NCBI GenBank assembly: GCA_048013815.1 | Contig: CM106585.1 | Span: 23,746,001 to 23,810,000, forward strand | From: Setoptus koraiensis | Lineage: Eukaryota > Animalia > Arthropoda | DNA: 64,000 nucleotides | Reading direction: 5' to 3' | In this document: one piece after another, positions 20,579 to 33,900 of the stretch | Layout: each line of letters opens with the position of its first letter | How positions within the stretch are numbered: the stretch's first letter is position 1 | Program-made: the position numbers and the translations under genes | Notes under the pieces: model-generated | What the model was told of the DNA's origin: nothing | The model's database searches: none | Seen by the model: only the letters and a program-made list of their open reading frames with translations

Positions 20579-22054
20579 ATGTCCATAACTCTGGAAAACG
20601 AGTCAGACCCAACGAGCAACGTTCCTAAAGACATCACTGAAGATGTTTCTATGGAATTTGGTCAAGCTAACACCAACACAAACAATGACAACAAACAAAA
20701 TAATTTAATGGATAACGGAGACGCAACTGAAAGTGACTTTCGTTTTGCAAAGTCCCGCAAGAGAAGCGTAGAGGAAATGCTCACTGGGGACGGATCACAG
20801 TTAATATCTGACAATCACAACAACAATAACTATCAAGAGGATGGCGAAAATTCAATCAACGAAACAGCGAATAGCAATGGAATCAGCAAAAGGCCCAAGC
20901 TGGTGGATGACTCAGAGGAAGATGTCGAAAAAGACTCCATGATGGAAAAAGATCCCGTCGATAAAGATATTGATCAAGTCCTAGAAAGCTTGATTTCTAA
21001 CGACGATGACTCCGGGGAAGTGGAATTGCTCTCTGAAACAAATCACACAATGGAAGAAGGTACAGAACAAATTTCCGATGGAAATCTGGAAGTCCACAAT
21101 CCACATTTAGATACTCTCGAGGTCGAAGTAATGACTGAAAATGCTAAAGAAATTAGCGAATCCACCGACACCGCTAGCGATAGCAAGTCCACTGAAATCC
21201 AACCGAAAGTTAACCGAAGGACTAGAAAGCCTGTGATTGCTCTGCCTAACGTTGAAGGTAAAGAGTTAACTACGCCTATAACTAAGAAGCGAGTTGGACC
21301 CAAATCACGAGTGGGTCCAGCCTCTAAGCGTTCAAAAGCCAAAAGAAAATCCAAAGACGATGATGAAGATGATACGCAAGAGGAATACTACCTCTCCGAC
21401 GCCACATCTACTGAAGCTGAACCAAGACAGGTTAGATCTAGGCCTCAAAGAAATACTGCTCATCGAGAAATGCCTCAACAAGACGATAATGAACCCGATG
21501 ATGTCGAAGAGGAAAAAGAGGACGACGACGACGATGATGAAAGACAGGCTAGCAGCCCTAAAGAATATGTAGTCGATAAAATTCTTGATAAGCGTAATGC
21601 TAAGGATTCCTACGGAAACGAAAGAGTCGAGTACAGGGTTAAATGGGAAGGATATCCCAATTCTGCTAACACCTGGGAACCTTTGTGCAACCTCGCGGAT
21701 TGTGACGATGCCATCAAATCTTACGAGGAAGCTCAAGCCTCTTTAATTTCCAAAAAGAAAACATCTCTGGCAAACGCTTCATCCGGACCCAGACGTCAAG
21801 ACGATAGTGACGATGGTATATCACCTCAAAAGAAACCCAAAAAGGCTACCAGAGAGCCACCTCTAGTTGATAAAAATGAAGTTGAAGTGAAAGAAATCAT
21901 CGGCCTCGCTCGATGTGGCAGCGAGAAATATTTTCTGTTGAGATTCCACGAGTCAAGCAAACGAGAACCTCAGTTCTTACGTTCAACCGTTGCGGCAAGA
22001 TTGATTCCTCTAAAAGTGATTGACTTCTATACAAAAAATGTGGTCTGGAAGTAA
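20579..22054 (+). CDS. HP1-family chromodomain plus chromoshadow protein with a long acidic N-terminal extension, 491 aa, intronless
   Basis: Chromodomain EYVVDKILDKR...VEYRVKWEGYPNSANTWEPLCNLADC with an intact Y/W/Y aromatic cage. C-terminal chromoshadow-like EVKEIIGL...YFLLRF...STVAARLIPLKVIDFYTKNVVW. Orthology to a named HP1 paralogue not assigned. Confidence 0.88.
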   Translation: MSITLENESDPTSNVPKDITEDVSMEFGQANTNTNNDNKQNNLMDNGDATESDFRFAKSRKRSVEEMLTGDGSQLISDNHNNNNYQEDGENSINETANSNGISKRPKLVDDSEEDVEKDSMMEKDPVDKDIDQVLESLISNDDDSGEVELLSETNHTMEEGTEQISDGNLEVHNPHLDTLEVEVMTENAKEISESTDTASDSKSTEIQPKVNRRTRKPVIALPNVEGKELTTPITKKRVGPKSRVGPASKRSKAKRKSKDDDEDDTQEEYYLSDATSTEAEPRQVRSRPQRNTAHREMPQQDDNEPDDVEEEKEDDDDDDERQASSPKEYVVDKILDKRNAKDSYGNERVEYRVKWEGYPNSANTWEPLCNLADCDDAIKSYEEAQASLISKKKTSLANASSGPRRQDDSDDGISPQKKPKKATREPPLVDKNEVEVKEIIGLARCGSEKYFLLRFHESSKREPQFLRSTVAARLIPLKVIDFYTKNVVWK

Positions 22055-22929
22055 GCGTAACATTTTCACAGATGTAAATTGAATGAGGATAGGCTCGTAG
22101 ATCATCAAACTGATCCAGTAGTTCAGACCAAATGTACATAGGACTTTATGCCATCAATCATTCATATCTCTATGGTTAGCGTTTCTTAATGGTCAAAGCA
22201 TAGTTTTTCAGTGATTTCAGTAAAATATTAAGCAAAGTTGGATCAAGTCGATCTAAATATAGTCCATGTTTTTTCGTACCTTTAATGTAATAGTTCGTTG
22301 ATGTGAGAAGAATTGCGAACATGCAAATAAACGTTCACTCCCTTCCTTCTGATTTCTCTTGTCTCGGATGTTCAATCTTCCAAAAGTGGAATGCAACCAA
22401 ATATGATTTATTTTTTCGACGGGATATACTATAGAAAGGACACCCAGTATAGCGACTCGCTAATAGCGAGATTATTTTTCTAACGCTGTTATTCTATTTT
22501 GATTCCATATCCGATCGGTAGGCGTCTCTAAAAACATGACCCAATCCTCGCCTGCTCTTGTTGCGTGGTTTGGCCGCTAGAGGGATATTTACAAAATTTG
22601 GTTTTTTCGTTCTAGTGAAGTTGTAGGTCTTGAATCAATTTTTTTTTTCATCATTATAATGGATTGATGCTAGCTACTATTTGGGTATATAATTTTAATA
22701 CAAAAATGAATCGGTGATACATTCACGTTTCTCAAACATCTGGATGATAATAATTTAGTCTGTGACAAAACAAGAATAGGGATATTATTTATTGCACGAT
22801 ATCATTTTACCTTTTAACCATCATCGCCTACCATACACAACTGCACATAAATATTCTCAAGCAAGAAAAAATACTCACATTGCTTAATAATTGGAATTAG
22901 AGTGTCATTAGTCACCTTGACAAAAAAGG

Positions 22930-25182
22930 ATGAGATCTCAAGTGGTAAACGTGGGCTCCTCAACTACGTCGTCGTCTTCGCCCTCAACAGTGCCAGTATC
23001 TGATTCGAAGAGGTCCGTCTTTGAGCGCTTGGGCAGACAAATCGACTTTAACACATCACCCATAACACCTGCTTCCAAAGTATCTAATAATTCAAGTCAG
23101 TCGTCATCGTCAATTATTCGTGAACCATTGCCAGGTCCATCAACTCAGACATCCTCTATAAAGAAACGTCTCACCGACCCTTTGTGGGAGGCTTCTAGTG
23201 AGAGACGTCGCCAGAATAGTGGCTTACGCTCAAGGTACATCGATCCTGTGGATATCGGATGTGAACTAGACAACAGTAATAGTAGTAGCAATATCAATAG
23301 TAATAATAACAATTTGAAAATTCCAATGGATCCATCTATGTTGCCTGATATCAAATCCTCCTCTGCTGGTGCTATGTCATCCATTGGCCAACGTCCGCAA
23401 TCTCCATCTCCTCAAATGATTATGCCACCTAAATACGATAGGCATGGTAATTTAATCATAAGCCTTAGAGAGAAACGCCGTCTTATGAATCACAATCGCT
23501 GGCCATCTTCGAGGCGATCAGGAAATGGTGAATTCTTTTCACACCGTCATCCAACCAATAGAGATATGGAACTCAGACAATCAGCTCATTCTATCCATCC
23601 GAATTTTGCCAAGGGTGGCTCTATGAATCGCGACCACCCATTCTCAAATATCACATCTTACGGAGGTGGCAATTCGCGCAATAGTCCATCTATGCACACT
23701 ATGAACAATCAACACGGCGGAGAGGAAGCGTCCAGATATGTCAAGTGGCGTGAGAGGCGAAATGCAATTACCTCATTGGATAGGGAGGCAGCAAGATCAA
23801 ATTCAAAAACCAATTCATTGAAGAATACACTTCAATCAACCCACAAAGATAGTGGTGCAAACTCAGCCAATCTCAAATTGTCTCCTCTATTGAACACTAA
23901 TTCGTCGTCTCCCACAACTGGAAATAATGCAACGACAAAACTAGAAAATACAAATTCAAGCTCACTCAGCCAATCTATTTCTAAGCCTTCTGCGAGTAAT
24001 AATGGCCATGGTTTTACTACAGAGGGAACAGCTACTATCATGAAGAGAAAGAAGGATTCGTCACACGCAAATAAAGAGCCACCTACTGATGTTAGTGATG
24101 GTGAAATTGTTGATGACGATTCCTCTGACGAAGAAATTCTGCAGCCAATTGAGGTCAAAAAAGAAGCCGACTTAGTCCAACAACAACCACAACAATATTA
24201 TTCAAAGGGTCACACCTCTTCATCTAGGTACTCAGAACATTCGAACTCAGCATTAACCATTAGTAGTGGTCGAACTAAAGAACGTAACACCCATGACGAA
24301 GTCAGTGATGATGATGGACTCACCATGGCATCGAAAATTAGATCAGAATCTAGCCCACGGCTTCAATCCATCGGTGTGTGGGAAGTCAATAGGAAGGTAG
24401 AATCTAGGTCCTCCGCTAGGGGAGAAAAAGATCCAGAATATCATGGTGATAGTAGAGAGGGTAAGAACAAAGACTCTGATAGCTTACTGGACGAACCACC
24501 AGCAAAGAAAAAATATGTCGATACAGTTGGTGATCAAAAGGACAATTCGAGTAATGATAATCTCGAGACAATTAGTGATGACGAATTCGATGCCATGGTC
24601 GATGGAGATCAAGATTCCTCCACCAAGGGCTCATCGAGCTTCTATCCTGATGACAACAAGACTAAGGATAATCTAGAACAAAAACAGTCTTCTCAAGCAA
24701 CTAATGGATCAGCACAACAAAAGTCTACATGTGCAGACAAGGGCGAATCAGAATTAATCAAAGCTTTGGGCATCGACTGGGCCAACTTGTGTGATCTAGC
24801 AAAGAGACAATCAAAATCTAGGGAAATATTCACACCTGGATGTGCTAGATCAAGGTTTACGGCTCCTCACTATTTAAAAACATTGAGGATATCGCCTGAG
24901 TTAGCCGGAGAAGAGCTAATGAATCAGATCAATAGAATATGCGGGCGCATTGAATTAGATGAAAAATCAACAACCAATTCACCCAAACAACCCCAAATCA
25001 AAGAGGATCAAACTAGCTCAGATTTTTCTTCGAGTCTCATGTGTGCCAACGAAATATTCCCGACAGGTGTAGATTCGTTGGATCAATACAAAATCCAAAA
25101 TGCATCCATATCCAGTCCAGACTCAATACTAGATAGGCAAGCCCAAACGAATCTAGGCGGAACTGACACAATTGACACCTAA
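22930..25182 (+). CDS. ZC3H13: ZC3H13 / Flacc (Fl(2)d-associated complex component, m6A writer accessory), 750 aa, intronless
   Basis: RSVFERLG near the N-terminus, LETISDDEF, and the family C-terminal region ALGIDWANL...PGCARSRFT...LRISPELAGEELMNQINRIC. No CCCH finger, which matches insect Flacc. Confidence 0.72.
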   Translation: MRSQVVNVGSSTTSSSSPSTVPVSDSKRSVFERLGRQIDFNTSPITPASKVSNNSSQSSSSIIREPLPGPSTQTSSIKKRLTDPLWEASSERRRQNSGLRSRYIDPVDIGCELDNSNSSSNINSNNNNLKIPMDPSMLPDIKSSSAGAMSSIGQRPQSPSPQMIMPPKYDRHGNLIISLREKRRLMNHNRWPSSRRSGNGEFFSHRHPTNRDMELRQSAHSIHPNFAKGGSMNRDHPFSNITSYGGGNSRNSPSMHTMNNQHGGEEASRYVKWRERRNAITSLDREAARSNSKTNSLKNTLQSTHKDSGANSANLKLSPLLNTNSSSPTTGNNATTKLENTNSSSLSQSISKPSASNNGHGFTTEGTATIMKRKKDSSHANKEPPTDVSDGEIVDDDSSDEEILQPIEVKKEADLVQQQPQQYYSKGHTSSSRYSEHSNSALTISSGRTKERNTHDEVSDDDGLTMASKIRSESSPRLQSIGVWEVNRKVESRSSARGEKDPEYHGDSREGKNKDSDSLLDEPPAKKKYVDTVGDQKDNSSNDNLETISDDEFDAMVDGDQDSSTKGSSSFYPDDNKTKDNLEQKQSSQATNGSAQQKSTCADKGESELIKALGIDWANLCDLAKRQSKSREIFTPGCARSRFTAPHYLKTLRISPELAGEELMNQINRICGRIELDEKSTTNSPKQPQIKEDQTSSDFSSSLMCANEIFPTGVDSLDQYKIQNASISSPDSILDRQAQTNLGGTDTIDT

Positions 25183-25672
25183 ATCTCATAATTGCATAGA
25201 AATGCAAAATAATCGAGAATGATTGATTTGATTACTGGAATATACCATTATGCCAAGAGGCGCTGTATATGTTCACCGAACTATCTACGTGATTGTTAAC
25301 TGATAATGATCAATGTTAAATTAAAAACCAGGATGAGTTGATTTTTATCATAATCAATTACCTGATAACTTATTGTTAGAATAAGATTATCATAATTGAT
25401 AGAATTAAAAAAGAGAACTATATCGCACAAATTTTTATTTATTACTATGAACTTTGGAGTGGACATGAGAATGAACATCTTTGATTGAAGAAAGTTCTTA
25501 TTTTGGCAGCTGTTACTATCGGTTCATTTCAATATTAGAAACGTTGAATAATATCTTTGTAATTCGTTTCAGAAATATCTAGGTAAAATTTCAGGACGGT
25601 CTGACTATTTGTATAGTTAAGTTACAATATATTACTATAATATCATTATCATGTTTGGTACATCTTGTAGTA

Positions 25673-27877
25673 TCATAGGCATTCAATTATATCACATCTA
25701 ATAAGGGATGATTGATCGTCTTGATCTTCATCATCGTTAGTTGTTTGTTCTACTTTGTTATTTCCATTCCTATCTTTGCTATCACCAGTATCATCGACGT
25801 TGGGACGATTGATTAGGATGGTTTCATGATGATCCGCAGATTGTTGTGAATCAATACGATCAACGCAATCATTGGCAGATGTCGATGGATATTGGTAAAG
25901 TTGTTGTTGCAGTGGTTGATCACAAGCATTGGCATTCCTCTTATCCGTGGTGATAGTTGACTTTTTGGTGGTGTTGTCTATCAATAATAGATCACGAATA
26001 TTGTTTACATTGCCACTTGTTTTAATTGTTGATGGTATAATATCTGCAGATTTATATCTTCTATTAAGAGTTTCACTTTTTGTTTGATGCTGATGAGCCT
26101 GATGCGCTCTCTGTGAGTGCTGATGGTGATGATGGTGCTGTTGATGATGACGATGGTGGTGATGTTGTTGCTGTAATTGCGGAGATGATGATCGCACGCT
26201 TGTGTCAATGTCATCGTTGGATGTAACCTGTTGAAATAAAGCACAAGAAGATACTGTTGCACAATTGGACAGTGAATTATTCGATTGATTTTGGTTGATT
26301 GATTTGGATCTATGATCGTGATGATGGTAATGGTGATGCTGTTGATGAACATGTTGAACATGTCCACTCAGATGAGCTGTGTCCACTTCATCTTGGCTAG
26401 TTATATTGGCGGCCAATGGAATAGATTGATTAGATACGTTGCTACTAGTGTTTGTGCATGTTCCCGTAGTTGCACTTGTTTCCGTTCTAGATATTGTGTG
26501 ACAGGTGCCAGTAGATAGTGAATTTGAGCGTGTAAATTGTTGCTGACTGTCTTCGCTGGTGTACGAGCTCGAGGTTGACAATGTTCGCGACGAACAACAT
26601 GTAGAACATGATCGAGTTAGGCTGTATTCATTGTCGTAACTAGTGATGGTTGCATCAGTGGTAAGGTCTGTGTTAGAAGACATAAGCAAATAATTCTGAC
26701 AGATTGTTGCCGGTGTCCCAGACGTAGCAGTCTTATTGCTGTTCGTTTGGTTCACTGGCTGGCGATTGGCTGCAGCTCGTTGTAGTTGCTGATTAGAAAT
26801 GCATCGTTTAGGCGTCATGAGTGTCTGTTGTTGTTGTTGCTGCTGCTGCTGTTGATGCTGAGGTTGTTGAGGTTGTTCATGCTGGCCTCTTTTCTGTTGT
26901 TGAGCTCGATTGTTGATGTTGTATTTTGAATTGTCCTGACAATTACACCTGTAAGAAGAGGACACCGAATCAATGGTACAAGTGGGACTGCTAGTACTAC
27001 TGCTAATCATCGTGTGACCACAGTGGTGTTTTGCACCGGAAAAGGCACAAGTTGCTGTGCTCTGATGATGGTGACGAAGTTTCGGCTCATTTGATGAATT
27101 GCAATTACAACTGTTTCTACCTGCTAATTGTTGTTTATCGTTGCTTTGTTCACCTGTCGTTCGTTGTTGGTGCGTTTGATTGCTGTGAATTATCATGTCC
27201 TGATGGTGATGCTTTTGTCGAATTTTTATAGCGGAATTTACATCGTGACAACATTTAATTTGGTTACTTTGGCCGTATTGTTGCTGATGCTGTTGTTGTT
27301 GTGATTCCATTTTGCTCAATTCTGAGGTAGATCGACTCAACAAGCCCAATTTTGTGTCTCCCAATTGTTTGGATCTAGGTGTACTAAGTAGTAGTTGTTG
27401 TTGTTGTTTGTTTACTGGGGCGCTAGTTCTGGCTGTTGTTGTGTTACCCGAGTGTCTATTCTTTGCTTGATGATGAGTCGTATATTTAGATTGTTTATTA
27501 ATGGTCGATTGTGAGCAATAGCTTGAACAACAGCAACACTGATTACAGCATGAATTACTATTGTTGTGATCAGTTGTTGATGAGGCAGCCGATGTTTTGT
27601 TGACACTATTATTACCAATTGCTAATGATTTGTTATTGTTGTTGTTGTTGTTGTTGCTGGTGGTTGTGGTGGCGGTATCGCCCTTGATAGCATTGGTCGA
27701 TATTATTGTTGTTCGGTTGTTGCTTTTAACTAACATTGTCTGATTTTGGGTGGAAGTGGCATTCAGTAACGACGACGATGAACCCATAAATACATCGTCT
27801 TGAGAGCCACTGGTATTTGTGGCAACAACAAAGTTCTTTTTGTTTGTGTTGACGTTCGTCACACCAATTTGATCACT

Positions 27878-27911
<34 letters not shown>

Positions 27912-30900
27912 TGCAATTTCTCATGACGCAGTTTAATCAATTCAAATTCTTTTCTGCCTAAATATTCTATTAGTGACATTGTTCTAACCATTTTAGCTGG
28001 CGCTTCCACTCTGGATGTTTCACATTCTTTGAATGTCACCGGACACGATATATTATGCTGTTGTGTGTCAACGAGTTTATTAATGTTGTCGCTAGTGTTT
28101 GTCGTGGACTGTTGTTTGTTGATTGACAATTGATCACGATTAATTGATGGCTGCTTGCTGTTTTTATCTATTTTAACAACATTAGCTGCCATCATTTGCC
28201 TTACATTAATATTGTTAGGCTTCATTATTATTATGCTGTTGCCAGTGTCATCGCTCAAGAACGGACCCTTACACCATTGTGTATAATCTAATTTGGTGCA
28301 ATAACTATCGTATGGCCTAACGGTTGTCTTGATCATCTTATAATACGGATCAACGGATTTGTCCATGGTTGTATGTCGGTTGTTAGTTTGTTTGTTTATG
28401 TGACACAAGCAATTGTGATTATTTTCAAAACAACTACTACTGTTGTAATCGTCTTCAACGCCATTGTCGACAATGTCATTATCAACGTCAACATCAACAC
28501 CGGTGTCACCTGTAACAGCATCGTCATAATACATTACTGGACAATGACACGAACTAGTATCCGTTGTTGTGCTATACATATACTGTTGTTGATACATTTG
28601 TTGTCCACTTGTTGTAGTGGCCGTCGCTGTTGTTGAATGTGTTGCACCAGTTGTTGTAGTTGTGTTATGATTTGAGCTTAACTCTAATTCAACATCAGTT
28701 ATTGTAGTTGCTGTAGGTGTTGTTGTCACAGTTGGTTCGCTGTTAATGTTAGTGCCAATATTGCAAAAATGATAATTATTATTAGTATTCAATATGGCAT
28801 TACTATTGCTACTAGTACTTCCGCTCGACATTGACATAACATTTGTTGCCATTGTTGCTAATGTTGCTGTTGTCGCTGTTGTTGATGGCGCTGATGATGT
28901 TGTTGCCAATGTCACTGATGTTGTTATTCCGGTTGCCGACAAACACGACACTTGATCGCAAGGCTTCAATAGAGATGAGCAATGACCATTATCACCAGAT
29001 TGCCGATCGATGCAACATTGTTTAGTGGCCGTTTCGCTATCGTCCTGTTGCAATTGTTGTTGCTGTTGTTGTTGTTGTTGCTGTTGTTGTTGTTGTTTAT
29101 GTTGCAAAATAGATAAACTTTGCAATTTACGTAATCTAAAATTGAGCGCCTCCAATTCGTATGTTTTTTCTTTCAACAAAGAACGCTGTCTAACATTTTC
29201 GTCCATCATCAATTTAACTCTATCGTTTATATTTGCACCATTATTACCATGGCAACTGGCACTGGCGGCCAAGCCGCAACCACTTCCGGCACTGTTCTCT
29301 TCGTAGGTGTTCTTTTTGAAAGTCTTCAATGTGGCACGGACACGATGATCGCCCGCCTTTGGATTGTGCTTCAATTCAATCAGCTAAGATACAAAACGAG
29401 AAGAATTCGACGAAATACGAATGACAAATACGGCATACGTAAGTATCAGTATCGTTATGAAAACAACAGCGCAACAGTGTAGTAATGAACTAATTGAAAA
29501 CCAATTAGAACAGTTGATCAATTTATGTGACGCACCAATCTCACCTTTGGCACGAAAACTAAGCAAAGGGTTGTTGTGGAACAAAAAATTATAAATATGG
29601 ATATTATCACGAACGATGCATCTTGTTGATCGCGCAAAACAAACGACAGACCAGCTCCAATGACACACATTATCACTACGTTGTAAACCTATATTGTTGG
29701 TAATGGAAAGATGAGATAGAGGTCAGTGATTAATTGATTTGCATTCGCAATCAATAACTTGTGTATGTTTACAAGCGTATGAGTTCAGTTGCAATGCTTA
29801 CCGAGAGGCCGATATATTTTGAGTCGTTCAAGGCGGGTATGCTGACGTGACGCGTCTCCCTGGATACGCGGGGTTCATTCATTGGGAAGTATCGATTTTG
29901 ACACAATTGAATACATTTGTTTGTGTGTGAGAATTCACTATCTAATTATATACTATTATATCAGTCGATATGAATGTAATGTAATGTATATTGCACTTAC
30001 CAGGCTAGAAAGCAACCGAACAACATCAATAGACCTTTGTAAACATATATTATGCTAAGGAATATACTCATTCGTTTGCTCTGACAATGTTCCATTTCGG
30101 GTATTATCAGTTCATCCTCGTTGTCGTTCGATTGCTACATTGTACACGGCATGAGTATGACAGTAATTGAATGGTTATCATTTGAATAATAATAATAAAA
30201 TAATAACAATTTATATTATCATAATACAAGTTCCATTGAACTCAAGATACTCACCACACCTGTACCGTTATTGGTCTCTCTGTAGAATGGGTCAACTATT
30301 TGCCAGACGGTCAGTATGCAAATATCAAATGTTATTAATATGGCGACCACAAGAAATAATTTGTAATCCTTAATAACTTTCTTGTGTAACTTTATATTTG
30401 TAAATATCGAGTGGACACGAAATGTTTTGCTAAACATTGAGCCAAATGCCAAAGTGAAACCCGACATGAGCACCCATGCTCTAGCCTGAACAATACATAA
30501 CATTAGATTATGATTTAAGCACATGAGATGAGACAGTTGCAATTAGATTAGATAGTTGATTTTATTAGTTGAGTCAATGCCAATTTGCTTCCCTATAGAC
30601 AGCATGAAACACCAATCAATATCAACACAATAATTAGTTTAAGGTGAGTAAACTTACAGCACAAATATAGGGAAAGTTGGACTCGCTTGTAAGGCCACTA
30701 TCCAAGCCTAATATTATCACACTTGTATAGGTCAATATACAGCCTATAATAATGAGATTGTTCAGATATGGACTGGACATCTTGATATATCTAGTATATC
30801 GATTGTGAATATAAACATACAGGTAAGATACCGATTATCGTTAGCGAGAATAATTATGATGATATGAAAACAAATTGATACATTGTATGCATTGTGCCTT

Positions 30901-33900
30901 CCAATAGGCCCGTGAATATCGGCCATGCAGTCATAAGATTAATTCAAGTTAAATAGCTCACCTCTGATTTCTAAATTTAATGTTTATCGATAGAAATACC
31001 ACAGCCAGTACGATACCTATTGTGGCTAAAATGGATATCAACACAAATAATGTCCTATTCACTCTAGATGGTATCACTTTTTGAATTGTATAGTCAATCG
31101 GTGGCGATGTACCTGTATAAATTGATGTGGTTGATTTAATTAATTAATCAATTTAATTGAGTATTGATGATTAGTGGTTTCATCCAGTTATCAATTGTCT
31201 TGGGTGAAACATACCTCGCCAGAAGATGGGAAAGCCGACCTTGAGATCCAGTTGATCATTGAGAGCGTCATAGCTACCAATGATCACTTCCGTTTTCTCA
31301 CGAAATGCTTGGAATTGCCTGAAACTAATGAGGCCCGGCCTCTCGTTTTTGTAAAAGCTCACAACACCCTAAATGATGAAAATAAGCATAAATTGTGATT
31401 ATTATTATGGACAGTGTGAATAAGTGTGAATTGTTCAGTTTGTTTGCAGTTTTGCCAGAGTGCAAAAATTGATCGAATGATGGCCTTGTTACTCACAGTT
31501 ACTCCTTGAAACATTGTTTGATTTAGAGCCGTTCTTATCATGTTGGCCCAAAAAGGTTGATGATAATCAAAGTCCATCAAAGAATTTCTCGAGTTCTTGA
31601 ATTTAATTTGCTGATCAACAGAATGTAAGGCCAAAGCGATGGCCCAAACACCATCGTAAACGTAACCATAGAATTTATTTGGTTCGATTTTGATGGCCAA
31701 CTCTTGGGCTCGTTGTTTGTATTCGTTGTAATACTCATGTGCGCGCTGTATATTTATATTTATTTCATAATCGGGATTATAATAAATAAATTGGGACAGA
31801 TAATCCGTACAGATTGCATGTGATTAATAAGTGAGAAGATAAAGTCATTCTGTGAACAATAACGCTTCGCAAGACATGCCCGTGAACTCACCATTCCCGA
31901 CACTGTGCGCTTCTGCGAACTGCTAACAGGTGTAATGTCGGTTATTATGTAACCATCCATGGCAATTAGTAGCTCTTCTCTGCTGCACCGACTTTTGTTG
32001 TAATTCAACTCGAAACTTTGCCACAGTTTATCCTCGCTAATGCCAGTTAAAATCCATTGATATTTCCTGCCGGTCATTCGTTCAGTGAATGCCTCACAAA
32101 ATAATTGCAGGGCCCATTTTTCATCGAAATTTCCCAAAATTATGCGCACGTCTTTATCCTGTGAGACAACGAGTGATTAATTGATAGTACAGAAACTACT
32201 TGTTAGACCTTGAATTCATAACGATATACACACAATACAATAACAATTATCAAAAGTGCCCCATAATACATCTGACAGGACACAAAATGGAGAAAATAAA
32301 TAAAAGTAAAAGCCCCAGAAAGTTGCCCTTGTTCAAGCGGAGATTGATTAGCATAAACTTGTGCACGCAACCATCCAGCTACTCAATATAAATATACTCA
32401 TATGTCACGCGCTTTCCAAGCGAAATTGATTATACTACAAGTTAGATATCTACAGAGTGCGTACATGAGCAAGGACAATCACGTGCCACAACGTCATCTA
32501 TATAATAAAACTTTATTATTTAAAACTAACTGCATGCACATTGGCCAGAGGGCGCTGCACACCTTACCTTAAGCTTACGCAACTCGTCGCCAAGATCGCC
32601 TCGTTGACCCAACTCATCTACTGATCCTGGCAAGCTAACCGATTGTTTAATAATAATATTGAATTTTTCCAGATCCGTCAACAGTTTGCTATGAGGCTGC
32701 ACGCAGAATGGAGAGAGATGGAGAGTAAGTGAGTTATATTATTTATCTAGATATATACCGTTAGTTAGTTGGTTTGTGTATTGATATGGGTGCCGAGTAG
32801 CGGGTGGATTAAAAGTGGCTAAAAGAGACTCTGATATGATCGATGACCGGGATGATGCCAGAGACACCAGCGAGCGTGGCTCTTGTTTTTTTGCGCAACA
32901 GCACACAAACAATCTAACGGTGGTTGTAGCCAGATAATAAAGACATCCGAAAACAAGACACGACCATTACGCAACACCTAACTGAATCTAGATCGCTCTA
33001 ACTAGGTCTAACTGGGCCCCACTTGGTCCAACCGGGGAACCATTCCCATGGCAGCCAAAGTTGGAGAGTTTAAGCCGACAAGCGAGGCGACTTTTGCTGA
33101 TGCTTGTGAGCGCGTGTTGCACGTACCCGCAGCATCGGAGCCCTCAAGTCTGTTTAGTGGCACGTTGCTGCACTTTGTTCGCCTAATGTTCTTAACGTCA
33201 TGAATTATGTAAATTGTGTTTATTATGTTTCTTCTATGTGCGCGCCTCAACGGGCGCCTAAGCTTTAAGCTGGCTGCTTGTAATCCAGTTGAGAAGAGCC
33301 GGGCCCCCAACACGCACTCTAACACTTTCCGTCTATCTATCTATCTATTTGAGAATGGTGACGCCAATCTACATATTGAAATGTGTGGACGCCCACCCGC
33401 TCGCTGGTGGCCATTTAAATATTCAAATAGCTGATAGAAAGAGAAAAAGCAAGAGAGAAATGCAATCACGATCAAGAATTTCCAAGAAATCAAGTAAAGA
33501 ATTTACTGTTGTTGCGCGTCGTAATTGACCTGTAATAGTTGTCGCGCGTTTTGAATTCACAGCTTGTTGTTGTCGTTGTCGTTGTTGTTGCTGTTGTTGG
33601 CGGCCCCAACAATACCTAGACTGTACGCAACAATACTAACTCTCTCTCTGTCCCCCTTTCGCTTGATATTTATCCGGCGGCCAAGTGTGCGCATTGACAA
33701 AACTGAACCAACTATTACCAATGTTGCCATTATTATTATTATTATTATTATTGTTATTATTATATTACGACACACACACACAAATAACAACAATACATAG
33801 AGACGTGGGCATTGTTGTTACATGCAGTGCGGCTATTTGGGGTGAACCGTTAGTCCGGTTGCGGTAATATATTGTAGACGAAGTAATAATAGCGATAATA

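Noticed and set aside
33008-33325. 105-aa minus-strand ORF inside a GABA-B intron
   Set aside because: No ATG start, no recognisable family and no convincing splice sites.
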